Positions 23,201 to 35,236 of a stretch of 64,000 nt of DNA are shown here, piece by piece; position 1 is the first letter of the stretch, and each line of letters begins with the position of its first letter. The translations under genes were made by a program, and so were the position numbers. The stretch spans positions 13,155,921 to 13,219,920 of the forward strand of contig CM082581.2 of NCBI GenBank assembly GCA_040954595.2, written 5' to 3'. Source of the stretch: Balanoglossus misakiensis (lineage: Eukaryota > Animalia > Hemichordata). The notes under the pieces are model-generated. The model worked only from the letters and a program-made list of their open reading frames with translations. It ran no database searches and was not told the origin of the DNA.

Positions 23201-26200
23201 CAGCTGTGTTCAACAAAATAGCTAAGGTTTCTTTAATAAATTTCCATTTTTGCTGTCTGTGACTCCTGTCATATGCGCTCAACCTACAGAAAAAAATAGC
23301 TAAGGTTTCTTTAATTCCTGTGTTTCCTGTTACTAGTGTTAGTAACTTTCATCATCACCAATGCTACCAGGTAAATATAACAAATACAAAAATAATATAT
23401 TTACAGACTTACGTTAAAGAAAGAACAGTTAATTAATTGTCCCATAAGGCACTGTAATTTTAATGAAAATGCATCAATCAAGTTCATTTTAAAAACATGC
23501 ACCTTTGATGATCTCTTTTCTCAGACAACCGGCTCCAAAATGGTTGCCATCGCTGCGACAAGCATGTTGCCCGTTCCCAATGCAGAAACAACTCACGCAG
23601 AGGAAAAGGAGCAGGGGGCACAGAAAGTTGAACCAGTGGAGAACGGGGTCCAAGCTGTGGAACCCCAACACCACCAACCACAGCAGATGGAACTGTTTCA
23701 GCCTCACCAACATCAAGAGTCGGAGTCTGCAGTGAGTTGTTGGCAACTGCACCATTCCAGTCTATTACTGGACTGTGAAGTCTATTGAGTCTAATTTTTA
23801 TCATATCAAGGCCTTAACAAAATGTAGTTATGGCACCCTCGTGGATTCTCTCTAACCATGAAGTTTACAAGCCTCATGTTTGTCCTTCAAGCATTATTTC
23901 AATAATAATGAACAATATTTATCAATTTCAGATCCTTGAGAAAGACTAGTTCTGCGACCTTTGACATTTTCCATCTTAAAACAGGAAGTTGGGATTGTTC
24001 ATTCTGCCATAGAAACCATGTAAATTGAATGACCTTCTGCTGGACTTTCTCTTTCCTGCTGCGATTTCTAGGTTTTCACCAGATTCTGATAGTCCATTTC
24101 CTCTGAAGTCATTCAATTTACCAGGGTTACACAACATAATTTCTTACGCAACCTAGATTTCATCTGACATGAGAGTCAATATAAAGCACGTTGTATGTCT
24201 AACTGTTGACAGACTGCTTTACTGCGGGTAAACGGAATGTTGGGTTCACTCACGATGGCTGAAGAGAATGAGGATAAAGCACAAGAGACAAAACCATCGG
24301 CTGAATTATTGCAAGCACAGGAAGAATGGGATGCTCTTGAAACAGTGGAGCCAGGTATTTTTTTTATCATCTTAATTTTTTAGCAGTTTTGGTTCCTTTG
24401 TCAGTGATGAAACTCTATCCTGATGATATTCGTGTTGAATTTTGTTGAATGCAAATGTTGATGTTACTAGCTGCAGGGTATAAACTACATCAATAGTGTG
24501 TCTGGGGGAAAAACTAACAATATTCTACTAACGATGTCTCCTTTTTTCTTTCCATTCATCTTGTTTTCCATGTACATGTTGCATCTTCTTTAATATATGT
24601 ACAGAGCTCGGCGGAAAAGGTAATTGGTGAATCAAGGATGGGTCAAATTAGAATAACTTTTCAACAGATTTTTGAGAAAAAAATAACTCTTGAATAAGTG
24701 TAACCACGTTTTTTTTTTAAAGCATGATTTCCAGTCTGTAGAAGTGAAACAACTTGACTAACACGATCTTCTAGTTTGACCTATCCCAGTGCACTTCATT
24801 GTTCAATGTTTAGTAAACTGCAAATTGCTGTGTGATGGGTAGCAACCAATCCAGGCAAATATCTGTGTCGCATTATTTTTCATCCATCTCAAAAATTCAT
24901 GCCATAGACCATCTTTGCTTTTATAAGCAGATCAAGTTGCTATGGCAACATGTCAATCACATTGAAATGCAAACTTCCCATCTCTTGGATCTGTGATTGT
25001 GTTTTGTTTTATTTCTTGTTTTACCAAAGATTGTTTGTGGTAGATTAGTTTGAATTAAACATAGCTGTTTTATAAAACACAGCCATCACATATTTTCATT
25101 CCAACCGTGACTGGCTATTTTGCTCAAGCTTCCTGTTTTTTATCACCCTTGATTCAGGACAAGAGGTGCATACAATGCCGCTAATCTCATTCAATGAAGT
25201 ACTGGGTTATTTTCAAGGAGTGGACATGAGCCTGTACCTGGTGAGTATGGGAATATATCCTAGGAAACTGGATAATCTAACTTCCTCATTCTGATTTTTG
25301 TTTCACTGCATAAAAGCTTTCTTAAGAGCAGAAATTGATCAACTTGTTGAGAAGTGGGATTTCAGAAGAAAAATGCTGCAGAATGAAATGGAAGACCATT
25401 GTCAAAACTGAGAGCAGCAAATATTTTACTTCATATTGAAAGAGAAAAGAAAGGAAAGATGGGAATAGAACATCATGAGAGTGTCTGTATTCTTTGTAGA
25501 AAAAAATCAAGCCCACCCAGCACAGAACAGGCTTTGCGGCTTTTAAACATTTACTTTTTGGACCACCTAAGATGAACAAAAGTCTACACGAAGAGAGGAA
25601 TTTAGTATTTGCCATTGCACAGTGTAAGTATGTACATGTGTGGTATCTGATATCTGGGAAGGTGTCAAAGCTGTTGACAAACAAAATAAAATGTACAAAT
25701 TACTACAACAACTCTGGCTGCAGTGGGGAGTACTAGTATTTGGTTGGCATTAGTGAATACCCACACCCCACTTTTAACCCAAACCCTGTGGTTGCAGCTT
25801 TCATTCTAGACGTAGTAATGAATGTTGTTATCTTTTCAGGTCCATTAGACAATGGAGAAACTATCCACACCAGAACCCTACAGACGATATACAAAAAACT
25901 GACAGGCAGTAAGTTTGATTGTCCCAGGTATGGCAATCACTGGGAACAGATTGGTTTCCAAGGTGAGTGAAGTGTACTTTTCTGATATGGCCATAGGTGA
26001 TGGTTTACCACCAATCAATGATTTGACTCGATGGTTTGTTGTTTCTCTCCTCCAGGTAATGACCCAGCAACTGACCTGAGGGCGACAGGATTCTTAGGTC
26101 TGATGACATTGTTGTATTTTGTCATGGATCCCAACACGCTGACTCTTGCCAGAGAAATCTACAAATTATCCACTCATGAAGTACAAGTAAGTGTCTATGC

Positions 26201-27126
26201 CTTCTGTCGATAATTATTTCCAGCAAGTTTTTGTCAAGTGGTTAGAGGACAATTTCGTGAAAGTTTCAACTAACACCTTGTTGATGTTTCACTATTTTTT
26301 CTTCTCCAGAATTTTCCTTTCTGTGTTATGTCTATCAATATGACCAGGATAGTAATACAATCTCTGAGAGAAGAAATATTATCAAAGTGAGTACATGTTT
26401 TTCTCATGACGGCGTTGTTACTCTGAATTTATGCGTGGACTTCAATTCACATCATCAATGCTACGACTAAGAGTAGTTATTACACATATACAGGCTATAG
26501 TGAAAAGGAAAATAGACATTTTAGCATGCTATAAGGGAGTAGAACAAGAAAATCTGGCTGATACACAGAACAAAACACTGAAGAGATTGCCAAACATTAC
26601 ATACCTTCATTATGTGAAAGAAATCTGATGACACTTGACTATGCACACACACGTTATTGAGTTGTTGATTTCCTTCTGGTGACAGAGAATGCAATAGGAG
26701 ACAGCAAGTGTTTGGTGTCATCAACGATTACTATGTGGGTATTTATTTACATCTTTATCAAATCTGGAAGAAACAACATAAAACTATAAAAGACTCAGGC
26801 TATGTACTCAAAGGTGAGAATTTTTTATTGGTCTTTTCATCCTGGTACACCTCAATTATTTAGACATATCAGATCTTTTGCGTTAATTGCTGTGAAAGGA
26901 TGCTATTGGTGAGCATGTGCATCTTTAGAAAGTTAGTGACACTTTATAATGTGATTATTTTTCACTTGCTTCTCTGACAGATGTTGAAACTTTTGCAAAG
27001 AAAAATCCTAGAACAGTTATCCGAAACTTGGAAACTTACCTGAGCGAGAGAAGCAAACAACAGCCATCGAAGAAGGCACCAAGTGAAGATCCAATGGACT
27101 TTGCAGGGGTACATGAACTTGACTAG
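20244..27126 (+). CDS. ELMOD3: ELMO domain-containing protein 3 (ARL/ARF GAP), about 13 exons, with a long low-complexity N-terminus
   Basis: [58 protein letters not shown] and [20 protein letters not shown] are ELMOD3-type sequences. TAG at 27124-27126. The 5' exons (20244-20260, 21746-21896, ~22042-22185, ~23006-23154, ~23525-23731) are phase-compatible but less certain. Confidence 0.9.
23215..23315. repeat. Exact 23-bp direct repeat, two copies, in an ELMOD3 intron
   Basis: aaaatagctaaggtttctttaat at 23215-23237 and 23293-23315. Confidence 0.85.
24605..24619 (+). CDS. ELMOD3: Candidate 15-nt micro-exon of ELMOD3 (ELGGK)
   Basis: tacag|AGCTCGGCGGAAAAG|gtaatt; phase 1-1 matches the host intron; TACTAAC at 24526-24532, then a pyrimidine tract and TGC at 24580. 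Confidence 0.65.
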
Positions 27127-28877
27127 TGCTAATGAGCAGTTGCCATGGTGATCATTACCAGATCCCCAGTTCAGTGTTTTCCTACGGCGTCATACTCCTC
27201 ATGTCAGACATGGATCAAAGTTGATTGAAAAGTTCCCATGCGCTTACCTTTTTTATTTGATTTAATTGAGTTTAAGTTTCAAGGTAATATTTATTGATCA
27301 GTAAGAAAAATCACAGCTCATTACAACTTCTCATTCCCAGTTTGCACCTTTGTTAGACTAACAGGAAATATTTACTACAACGTTAAAGGAACATCCTTGA
27401 AAATATCCACATTTATTCAGGAATAACATTAGAGAGGTGAATTCTCAACATTCTATATATCCGTACCATACCAAAGATGAAGGTACAGCTACACAGCAGA
27501 CTTTGTTTAAGGTAAATGCTAACCACTGAGGACTTTTTGTGTACAGTATTCAAGTGAACGGAATATTAGGTTAAAATAATATTCATAAAATTTGATCATG
27601 TTGTAAACTGTTGCCAGCTGGTAGTTCTTCAAATATGTCAGGACAGATAATTATAAACTCATTTGTATGTTCACAGTTATCGTGAATGTATGTACATGCA
27701 GCAATGTGTTAGAATAATGTGCTTGAATTTGAGTTTTACTAAACATGCACTTTTTACATCGATGAGCACAAAACTTGCCTTAGTGAATTTTTGATTGGAA
27801 GGGGGAAAAACTTATTTTTTATCAATAGATTATGCGGATAGTCCAGGACCAATGAGTTTTTAGAAGGATTTATAGTTCACACTTGAAGTAATTTTTATAG
27901 CAGCTGTAGACATTAGCCACGGTTTCAGTGGTTTACAATCATTCCTAACAGTTTCCCCAGCTTCAAACAGAAATCCAGGAAATGCTACAAATCTGTTTAT
28001 AACAAGGTTTTGTGTTTGAGTGCATGAGTCCAGGTTTGTTCATCCACAAGGCTTTACGTATATCACCAGTGTGTTTAGCGCCTCTCATCAACCCTTAAAT
28101 ATTCAGCATTTAATTCTGTGATTGTCACAAACCCCATGCTTTGTGTCTGGTGTAAACATTCCCTCCATTTTCAGTCGGTGCCAAATTTGTAGAATGTATA
28201 TTTTAAGTGTTCCTTCCATTTATTTGTTTGTGAAGTTCTGAACGAATTTGACCTTATTTTTCATTGGTTTAAAAATGAAGCAAAAATGAGATTATGCTAG
28301 TCTCTTTACCCCATGAATATTTACGCTCCAGACAAGCTTGCAAGACAACACATTCATGTAGCTACCTACCCACCAGTGTCCACCAGTTCTGATAATTCTA
28401 TTTCAGAACACCATTACATTTTCCAAGTGCCATAAAACTTACCAGCTTTTTGTCTTTTTCCGATCAGTGTAGACACACTTCTGAAATGTACTTAAGACAT
28501 TTTTTTTAAAAGACATAAATTGATGAGATTTTAGGCTGGATAGTTACGAAAGAAATTTTTATATTGTATGAGATTATTGTTATAGATAAAATTTATACCT
28601 TGACTGGGCTCTTGATTATAGTGGCTCACATAATCACCTTTTTCAGAATATGTTAAAGGTTATGAAAATGTTATGAGAGTACGCATATGCACATCTTGTT
28701 TTTGTAGCTGATGCAAGAGCATGTTGTCGGTAAAAGAATTGTGTATTTGCCATTTGGAGTACAGCAGCTTTCTGGAATGTGGAAACAGAGAAAATTTCAG
28801 GAGACTATCTGACCCGACTTCCAGGTTTTAGTTTGGGTGGAATTGCGCAGGGCATATGTCCTGGGCAACAAGAGATC

Positions 28878-28969
28878 TTAACCCTTTCACCCCCATTACT
28901 CTCTATAGAGGTCCAAACTTGCCATAGAAAACAATGGATTTGGATGAAACCATGATGGTGAAAGGGTAA
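28878..28969. mobile_element. ~92-bp TTAA-flanked MITE-like element (copy 2, in the probable ELMOD3 3' UTR)
   Basis: TTAACCCTTTCACC...GGTGAAAGGGTAAA terminal inverted repeat; homologous to 330-421. Confidence 0.78.
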
Positions 28970-29420
28970 AAGCAGGAAACTTCTGCCCCCATTTTTACTT
29001 TAAATGCAAACACACGAGCCATACTGGGAAGGGGGACTGCTATTTCACAATATGAATGGAAAATTGTATCTGTTCTGCGTTTCCAACCAAGTTTGCAGCC
29101 AGAGTATATGAACTACATGTTATGATTGATTATTCAGAGACTATACAGTACACAGATCATGAATCTCTGGCATTGTACAGAAAATATTTTGTTTTGTATA
29201 TTTTGTTGTATTTTAGAATAATGTACAGTTAAAAATCGTGACCTGGTCTCTTCTTTGAGTGCTTTCTTTGTATTTATTTCTATGTACAGCTATTTTGCAA
29301 GTCTTCTTTTAACATTGTGTTTGTGTATATTAAACAAATAAATACCAAAATGGTATAATTATGTTTGTAGTGTGTCGTTGTGATTTCCTGAGCAGAATAC
29401 CCTCCCCTTACAGGTAGTCG

Positions 29421-30836
29421 CTACCTGCCATCATTCTGAAAGTAACTATACACAAGTATGTATTCATCAAGAATCTCCTGGGCACTGGGTCTCAACTTAG
29501 GCTCTGCTTCTTTGCATCGTTTGTGGATTTTAAAAAGATGAAACCTGATGGCATCACTTCCGGGACTGTCTCCCAGGATGAAATCGACAACACTCGGTAT
29601 TTTCCAGATATCTGTTTTCTCATCGTAACCTGGCATTTCACTGTCGTTGAATTCTCTGTCATCGTTTGGCCACAGCTGCTCAGGGGCAACAAAGTCCCCA
29701 AAAAGTTGTCTGTGACCGCATTTAACAAGGTTCTCTTTCTTCGGATCGAGTCGTGGTAACGCATCAAGGTCAGACACCAAAAGTCGGAAATCGTCAGTTA
29801 AGAGAAACTGCGACAAGGTTTTGGTAACGTCATTTGAATCACACATTACATATACTCCATACGGGTTTGTGTGATGAAGAAAAAGTATGATCTCAACATA
29901 GTTTATACTGAGAAGAAATCTAAACAAAGCGTTGTCAAGATGTTGATTTTCACTCTTAGATAAAATTTGATTGAGATTTTCTGCTGAATGTAGAGGATGA
30001 TATTCCAGAACAACAGATTCTTCACAGTGCCCAATCAGCTGCACAATGTGTTGACTTGCCTGAAACATCTTGATCATGTCCACACCGTGTTGGAAATCTT
30101 CTCTGTACTCCCGTGTAGTAAGATTACAGTAGGCAACTTGGAAGCCTTTCCACTCAGCAAGGTACACCTGGGTGACAAATGGCACCATGAAAGAAATGGT
30201 TATTTGAACACTTCTTGGGTCAGACTGGAAGTGTAAAGTGTGTCTCTCACAATCATGATTCTCAACTGTCAGACAGTGATGCATTTTGGTTTATTATTCA
30301 ATTTCACACCATTACTGAAGATAACTAAGTTAGATTAGCATCTTTCTGACTGTGTCCAATCACGGTCAATAATTCAAATGATAATTGTACGGATCCTGGA
30401 TCAAGGCGTTTTGGAAGATGTATTGTTGGTGACTGACCACGCCCACTCAGCACACTGGTCCAGTGGGGAAAACAGTTGGTCTGTGGTGGGGAATAGAAAG
30501 ATCTATCGAACGTACCCTTTTCACAGCTCCTGTGCCTATTAATTTTTGGACGTGAATTCTATCTTCTATATCATCACATGTTAACCATTCCCGACAGCTG
30601 TCCATACCAGATAAACGGAAGTAGCCTGTACGACATGATTGCAGACGACATGAACTCGTACCGTAAACAAGGTCTCTCTGTTTACAAGAAAAATGGCTCA
30701 TAAATTCAATATTGTTATTATCACTGAATAAATGTTCGTCTTCGTTTTGGTTTGGTACAAAATTGACCAATTTCCACGTGAAGTAGCAACACAGGAAGAT
30801 AAAGAATAACGTCACGTATCGCCAAACCAACTTCAT
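29421..30836 (-). CDS. POMK: Protein O-mannose kinase (SGK196); 2 exons 30516-30836 and 29421-30167, 355 aa
   Basis: N-terminal type II membrane anchor; CRTGYFRL..CREWLTC, IGTGAVKRVYLAEW, MCDSND, QFLLTDDFRLLVSDLDALP, KCGHRQLFGDFVAPEQLWP and YDEKTDIWKIP are diagnostic POMK motifs. Confidence 0.96.
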
Positions 30837-31161
30837 CACTTCAGTTCATTTCAGTTGCACATGGTTGACCTTTGGTTTGTTTCTGTTCCGGGTCAAATGA
30901 AAATGCATTTACAGTACGTTTGTTCGCAAATACATATATATCATAAATATTCATATTTGGAAAGTGTAAGTTTATCATTTGTATTAAGTATAACAATTTA
31001 TCTATTATTCCGATGACTCCTGTGATATTAAAATGTTTTTAATCAGTAGTTTTTACGTACAATATAACGATTCGTGGACTGGAAACGCTTTGACCACTTC
31101 ATAAACCTTTGCGTCTGCTACGACAGGAGAGACGACAGACATCAGCTAAGCATACTGAAAA
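30837..31161. promoter_or_regulatory. Head-to-head promoter region POMK(-)/GATD3(+)
   Basis: Divergent start codons ~325 bp apart. Confidence 0.6.
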
Positions 31162-32996
31162 ATGCTGTCATCATCAGCCATGGCACTTCGATCGCTCATC
31201 AGTCCAATGACAAGCCGAGTGTTCGGTAGCTCATACATCGCAATGCGATCATGCCATCACCATAAACAAGGCAGTAAAGTTGCCGTGGTATGTATCTTGC
31301 TTGGAGAGGAGGAGGGGCAGAAGCTAAGAGGTCAGAGGTCATATATCTGCTACTGTGCTACACAATTATAAACATGTTTGTCATGATCATGATTAATTAT
31401 TCATGGTTGGTTGAAATATTCTTACTTTGTTACAATACATATATTTTTCTGTCAATTGCCTCTTTTACATTTCTTTTAATGAAACAAACAGGTCAGTTTT
31501 AAATGTTCCCCTCAATGTAACAGTAAACTTTTGTTTGCAGGTGCTGTCTGGTAGTGGCGTATATGATGGCAGTGAAATACATGAAGCATCAGCGTGAGTA
31601 GAAACATTTTGCCAAGATTGGACCATTTTGCTATTTTACTGCATTTCCGGAGTAATTTGGCTATTATTTGTTTCATTGATTTACAGAGTTCTGGTCCATC
31701 TGAGTCGAGGGGGTGCGAACACTGCCATCTTTGCTCCAGATAAATCTCAGATGCATGTAATTAATCACATCAAGGGAGAACCAATGGAAGGTGAAACAAG
31801 GTAGAGTTTGACAACTTAAGAAATTCTGAATCTTAATCCACATTTTTACAGATATCTTTAACATGGATGTTTTTTTTTTACAATTCTACAATTTGCCATT
31901 AAAATGCCACAAACTAACAGATAATTCATTTTCCGACAGAAATGTATTGGTGGAATCTGGTCGCATAGCACGTGGCAAAATATCATCATTGGTCGATCTG
32001 AAAGCAAGTGACTATGATGCTGTAGTTTTCCCTGGTGGTTTCGGAGCTGCCAAGAACCTGTGAGTCTAGATGTAGGGTGATTGTTTAAGTTGTTGGTATT
32101 AGTTGTCAAAGCCAGATTGTCACAGCAACCTAAGTAATGTATCCCTGGAAGGACTATTGCTTAGTTCACATGAGAGAAAAGTTCAGACGTGTAACTGTGG
32201 CTGTGCACTTTTCCTTCCCTTGTTTACAGATGCACTTTCGCTGTTGATGGCACCAAATGTTCAGTGGACGCTGATATTGAGAGGGTCATCAAAGAATTCC
32301 ACTCTGAGAAGAAACCTATAGGGTAAGTGAAGTGATCCTATTGCAGTATGATCAGCTAGCAGGTGTCGATTGTCATCAGAACTCAGCAGTTCAAGAACTG
32401 TTGTGTTACATGAAGTTCAAGCCTCCGTTTCAAAATGGCAGGGCTAAACCACTGTGTAAGAGGGGTGGGGAAATCAAGAAACAGTTGACAAAATGGCTTA
32501 TATCATTGTGTTTTGCAGGCTTTGTTGCATTGCCCCTGTGCTGGCTGCAAAGGTGATCCCAAAGTGTGAGATAACAGTGGGGCACAGTGAAGAAGGAGGG
32601 AGGTGGCCAAATGCTGGAACAGCAGGTGCAGTACAGGAACTTGGAGCCAAGCATGTGAATAAAGACGTCACTATATCCTTTCAAACTTGGATAATGCGAA
32701 TAATTGAAATATTTTCAGATTTTGAATATCTTGATGGTTTTAGCTAATGATGCTTCAGAAGAATATCAAGTGAAACCTCAATTTTAACATCGATCATCCC
32801 TCCAGGATCGGGGTTTGGGCAAAAACGTGGTCACAGAAGTGTATGATTATTTCCTTAACTCAGTTCTTACGATGTCCATGTTGATGAAACAAACAATATC
32901 GTCACAACACCAGCATTTATGTGTGAAGCACATCTGCATGAAATATTTGATGGAATTGGTAAAATGGTCAGTACTGTTTTGCACAGAGTCAAGTGA
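31162..32996 (+). CDS. GATD3: Mitochondrial DJ-1/PfpI-superfamily ES1 homolog (glutamine amidotransferase-like class 1 domain protein 3); 7 exons
   Basis: Transit peptide, then [60 protein letters not shown] and [12 protein letters not shown]; TGA 32994-32996. The start could alternatively be the ATG at 31180. Confidence 0.95.
32673..32870 (+). other. U12-type AT-AC intron in GATD3
   Basis: 5' site ATATCCTTTC; branch TTCCTTAAC at 32851-32859; terminal AC at 32869-32870. Removal gives in-frame KHVNKDVT|DVHVDE. Confidence 0.95.
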
Positions 32997-33661
32997 AATC
33001 TGTCAGCTGTTGTGGAACAGGTGAAACGAGTATTTTGCGGTGCGTCCTCTATTGGTGTAAAGATAAATTATTACTTCTTACAAGCGATCAAGTTCAAGTA
33101 ATAATTTGTACAATACACTTTTACAATACTAGTGGGGTGATGATAAGACAATGTCATGTGTGTATAGTGTATTATTTTCTGAATTCTGCCATGTATTTTT
33201 AAAAAACACAGACAGGGTTCTTCTCTCTCTACATAATATACCTTCAGCTCTAAATTGCTTACAATGCAGTCTTATATAATCATGTATGCATGGATGAATG
33301 ACAATAAAATTGTGTTCATAAGTAACAGCTGATTGAAATGTGTTTTTGATCTATTGCACGTGGGAGGTGCGTGTGTGTGCATTCTGTTCAAGACCCAACA
33401 TGAAGTGGGTCACTTTGCTCATATGTAGCTGCAGGGTGACTAATACATTCAAACTCAAAGTAGAGATTCATTAACAGCGATATTTTGCTCACAATTGGTT
33501 GTTTATGAACTTGCAAATCATCCTCACAAGTCACAACAATCTTATTGTCACATTGTAAATCTGAAAAAAAAACCTAATGAACAAAGCGCCCTCTGCCTTC
33601 TACGCGAGAAAGGTCACAGTACGGAAACTTCCCCGGATGTCGGATGTCAGCTCAACCCAAA

Positions 33662-35236
33662 ATGGCGTCGAGTCATCAGGTAGGCTACTCTTCACAAATC
33701 TTAGTAATAGCCGCGAACTTTCGTAAAGTTGGTAGCTTCAGAGCGGCTGAAGGCAGTCTAGAACTCGTTCCTCCCTCTACGATATCACTGAGTCCGTAAA
33801 AGAATTAAGTCAACTGCTCTGAGCTGCTCGATGTAACCTTTTAGCCTTGTCACCATAGAAAAATAATATTGGCAACGTCGACGTTGTTTCCTGTTTTGTT
33901 ATCAATATCCCTGGTACTCCCTAAAGAAACAGGTCATGTATATGATCCCAAGTTGTTGTCACAAACGTTAGTCCTACTTGGAATACAAATCAGTAAGATT
34001 TAAATGAAGAAAATTACTGGCCTGGACTAATCGTGGATGTAAGAGATGATTACATGATAACATGCCTGATGGAAATTAACATTGAAACTTGTCCCCCACA
34101 TACATGACATATGATGCAAGGCAGTGGAGTAAAAGGCTTTGAAATATTGTAATGCCATATGGTCAATAAAAATATTCACAACACATGAGATTATCTGGCC
34201 AGACCATATGTCTCTCATTTTCTACTGTTTCTATTCTCCTCAGGCACAATCGATGGAACATGTTCCTAGACAAGTTGTATCCAAAGTCTTCATCCAAAGA
34301 GATTACTCAGATGGTACTGGTGTGAAATTCCATACCAAGTTTCCTCCAGAGCTTGAAGGAAAAGTAAGGAGTGTGTTATTTTATAGAGAATTTCAATACG
34401 TGTATAGTAGACTCAAAAAAGCATATCAATGCCAGAAAAACTGAAATCAGTGATAATTGTACAGTATATGGGTTTTCTTGAAATTCGGAATCACTCCGTA
34501 AAGCATGTACTGACCCTACTAATAAAGCAATTGTCTGCAATGGTTTTGACATGACTTTGCTTTTCTTTTCTTTGCAGATTGACCAAACCACATTTCAGTA
34601 CACCATAAATGAAATCAATACAATCTTTCAGGAAGCAGAAGGGGTGGGATCTAGAGCATACTGTGAGGGATGTCTTGCATGTCTAACAGCATATACATTA
34701 TTCATTTGTATGGATACACATTACCAAAAGGTAAGGTGCCCTCCCACCACTTTGGATGCACACAAGATGACTGTGGCATCAAAATGAGTTGAAATGTTGG
34801 GCTACGTAACTCCAATGAATTTTCCAACAAGCAGTTAGGCACAGCATTGGCAATTAGACATGACAAGTTATGGATGATCACAGTTTACAAGTTCACTAAT
34901 TGTGTACTTTTCTTTTTCAGTGTTTAAAACGAATAGCACAGTTTGCACAGGAACAGAATGATAATATTTACGTGCCTAGGGGACTCATGATCACAGATCC
35001 AATGGAAAGAGGTCTTCGAGTTGTATCCTTTGTAAACAGTCATTTTTCAATAACTGTATAGTTGTGTCATGCTGATTTATGAAGCACATTTTAGTAACAA
35101 GCAAAATTTTAACTGTTCTAGAAACACCACCTGTTACTCAATGAATTATGTTTTAAAGTGGTAAGATGATTAAGTATGCGTATGACCCTTAACTTCTTTC
35201 TAGATTGAAATTTGCGTACTGCGGCAGGACACATGA
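33662..35236 (+). CDS. GOLGA7: Golgin subfamily A member 7 (GCP16/Erf4; ZDHHC palmitoyltransferase cofactor); 5 exons
   Basis: [58 protein letters not shown]; TGA 35234-35236. Confidence 0.95.
35023..35203 (+). other. U12-type GT-AG intron in GOLGA7
   Basis: 5' site GTATCCTTTG; branch ACCCTTAAC at 35185-35193, 10 nt before the end of the AG; removal restores GLRV|IEI. Confidence 0.93.

Noticed and set aside
29325-29423. Possible stop-codon readthrough of POMK (TAG CGA CTA followed by ~30 open codons)
   Set aside because: The context only partly resembles the CARYYA motif and the extension has no recognisable signal; no conservation data are available.
29421-30167. POMK as a dead kinase or pseudogene because it lacks HRD/DFG
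   Set aside because: MCD and DLD substitutions are the normal active POMK motifs, and the frame is intact.
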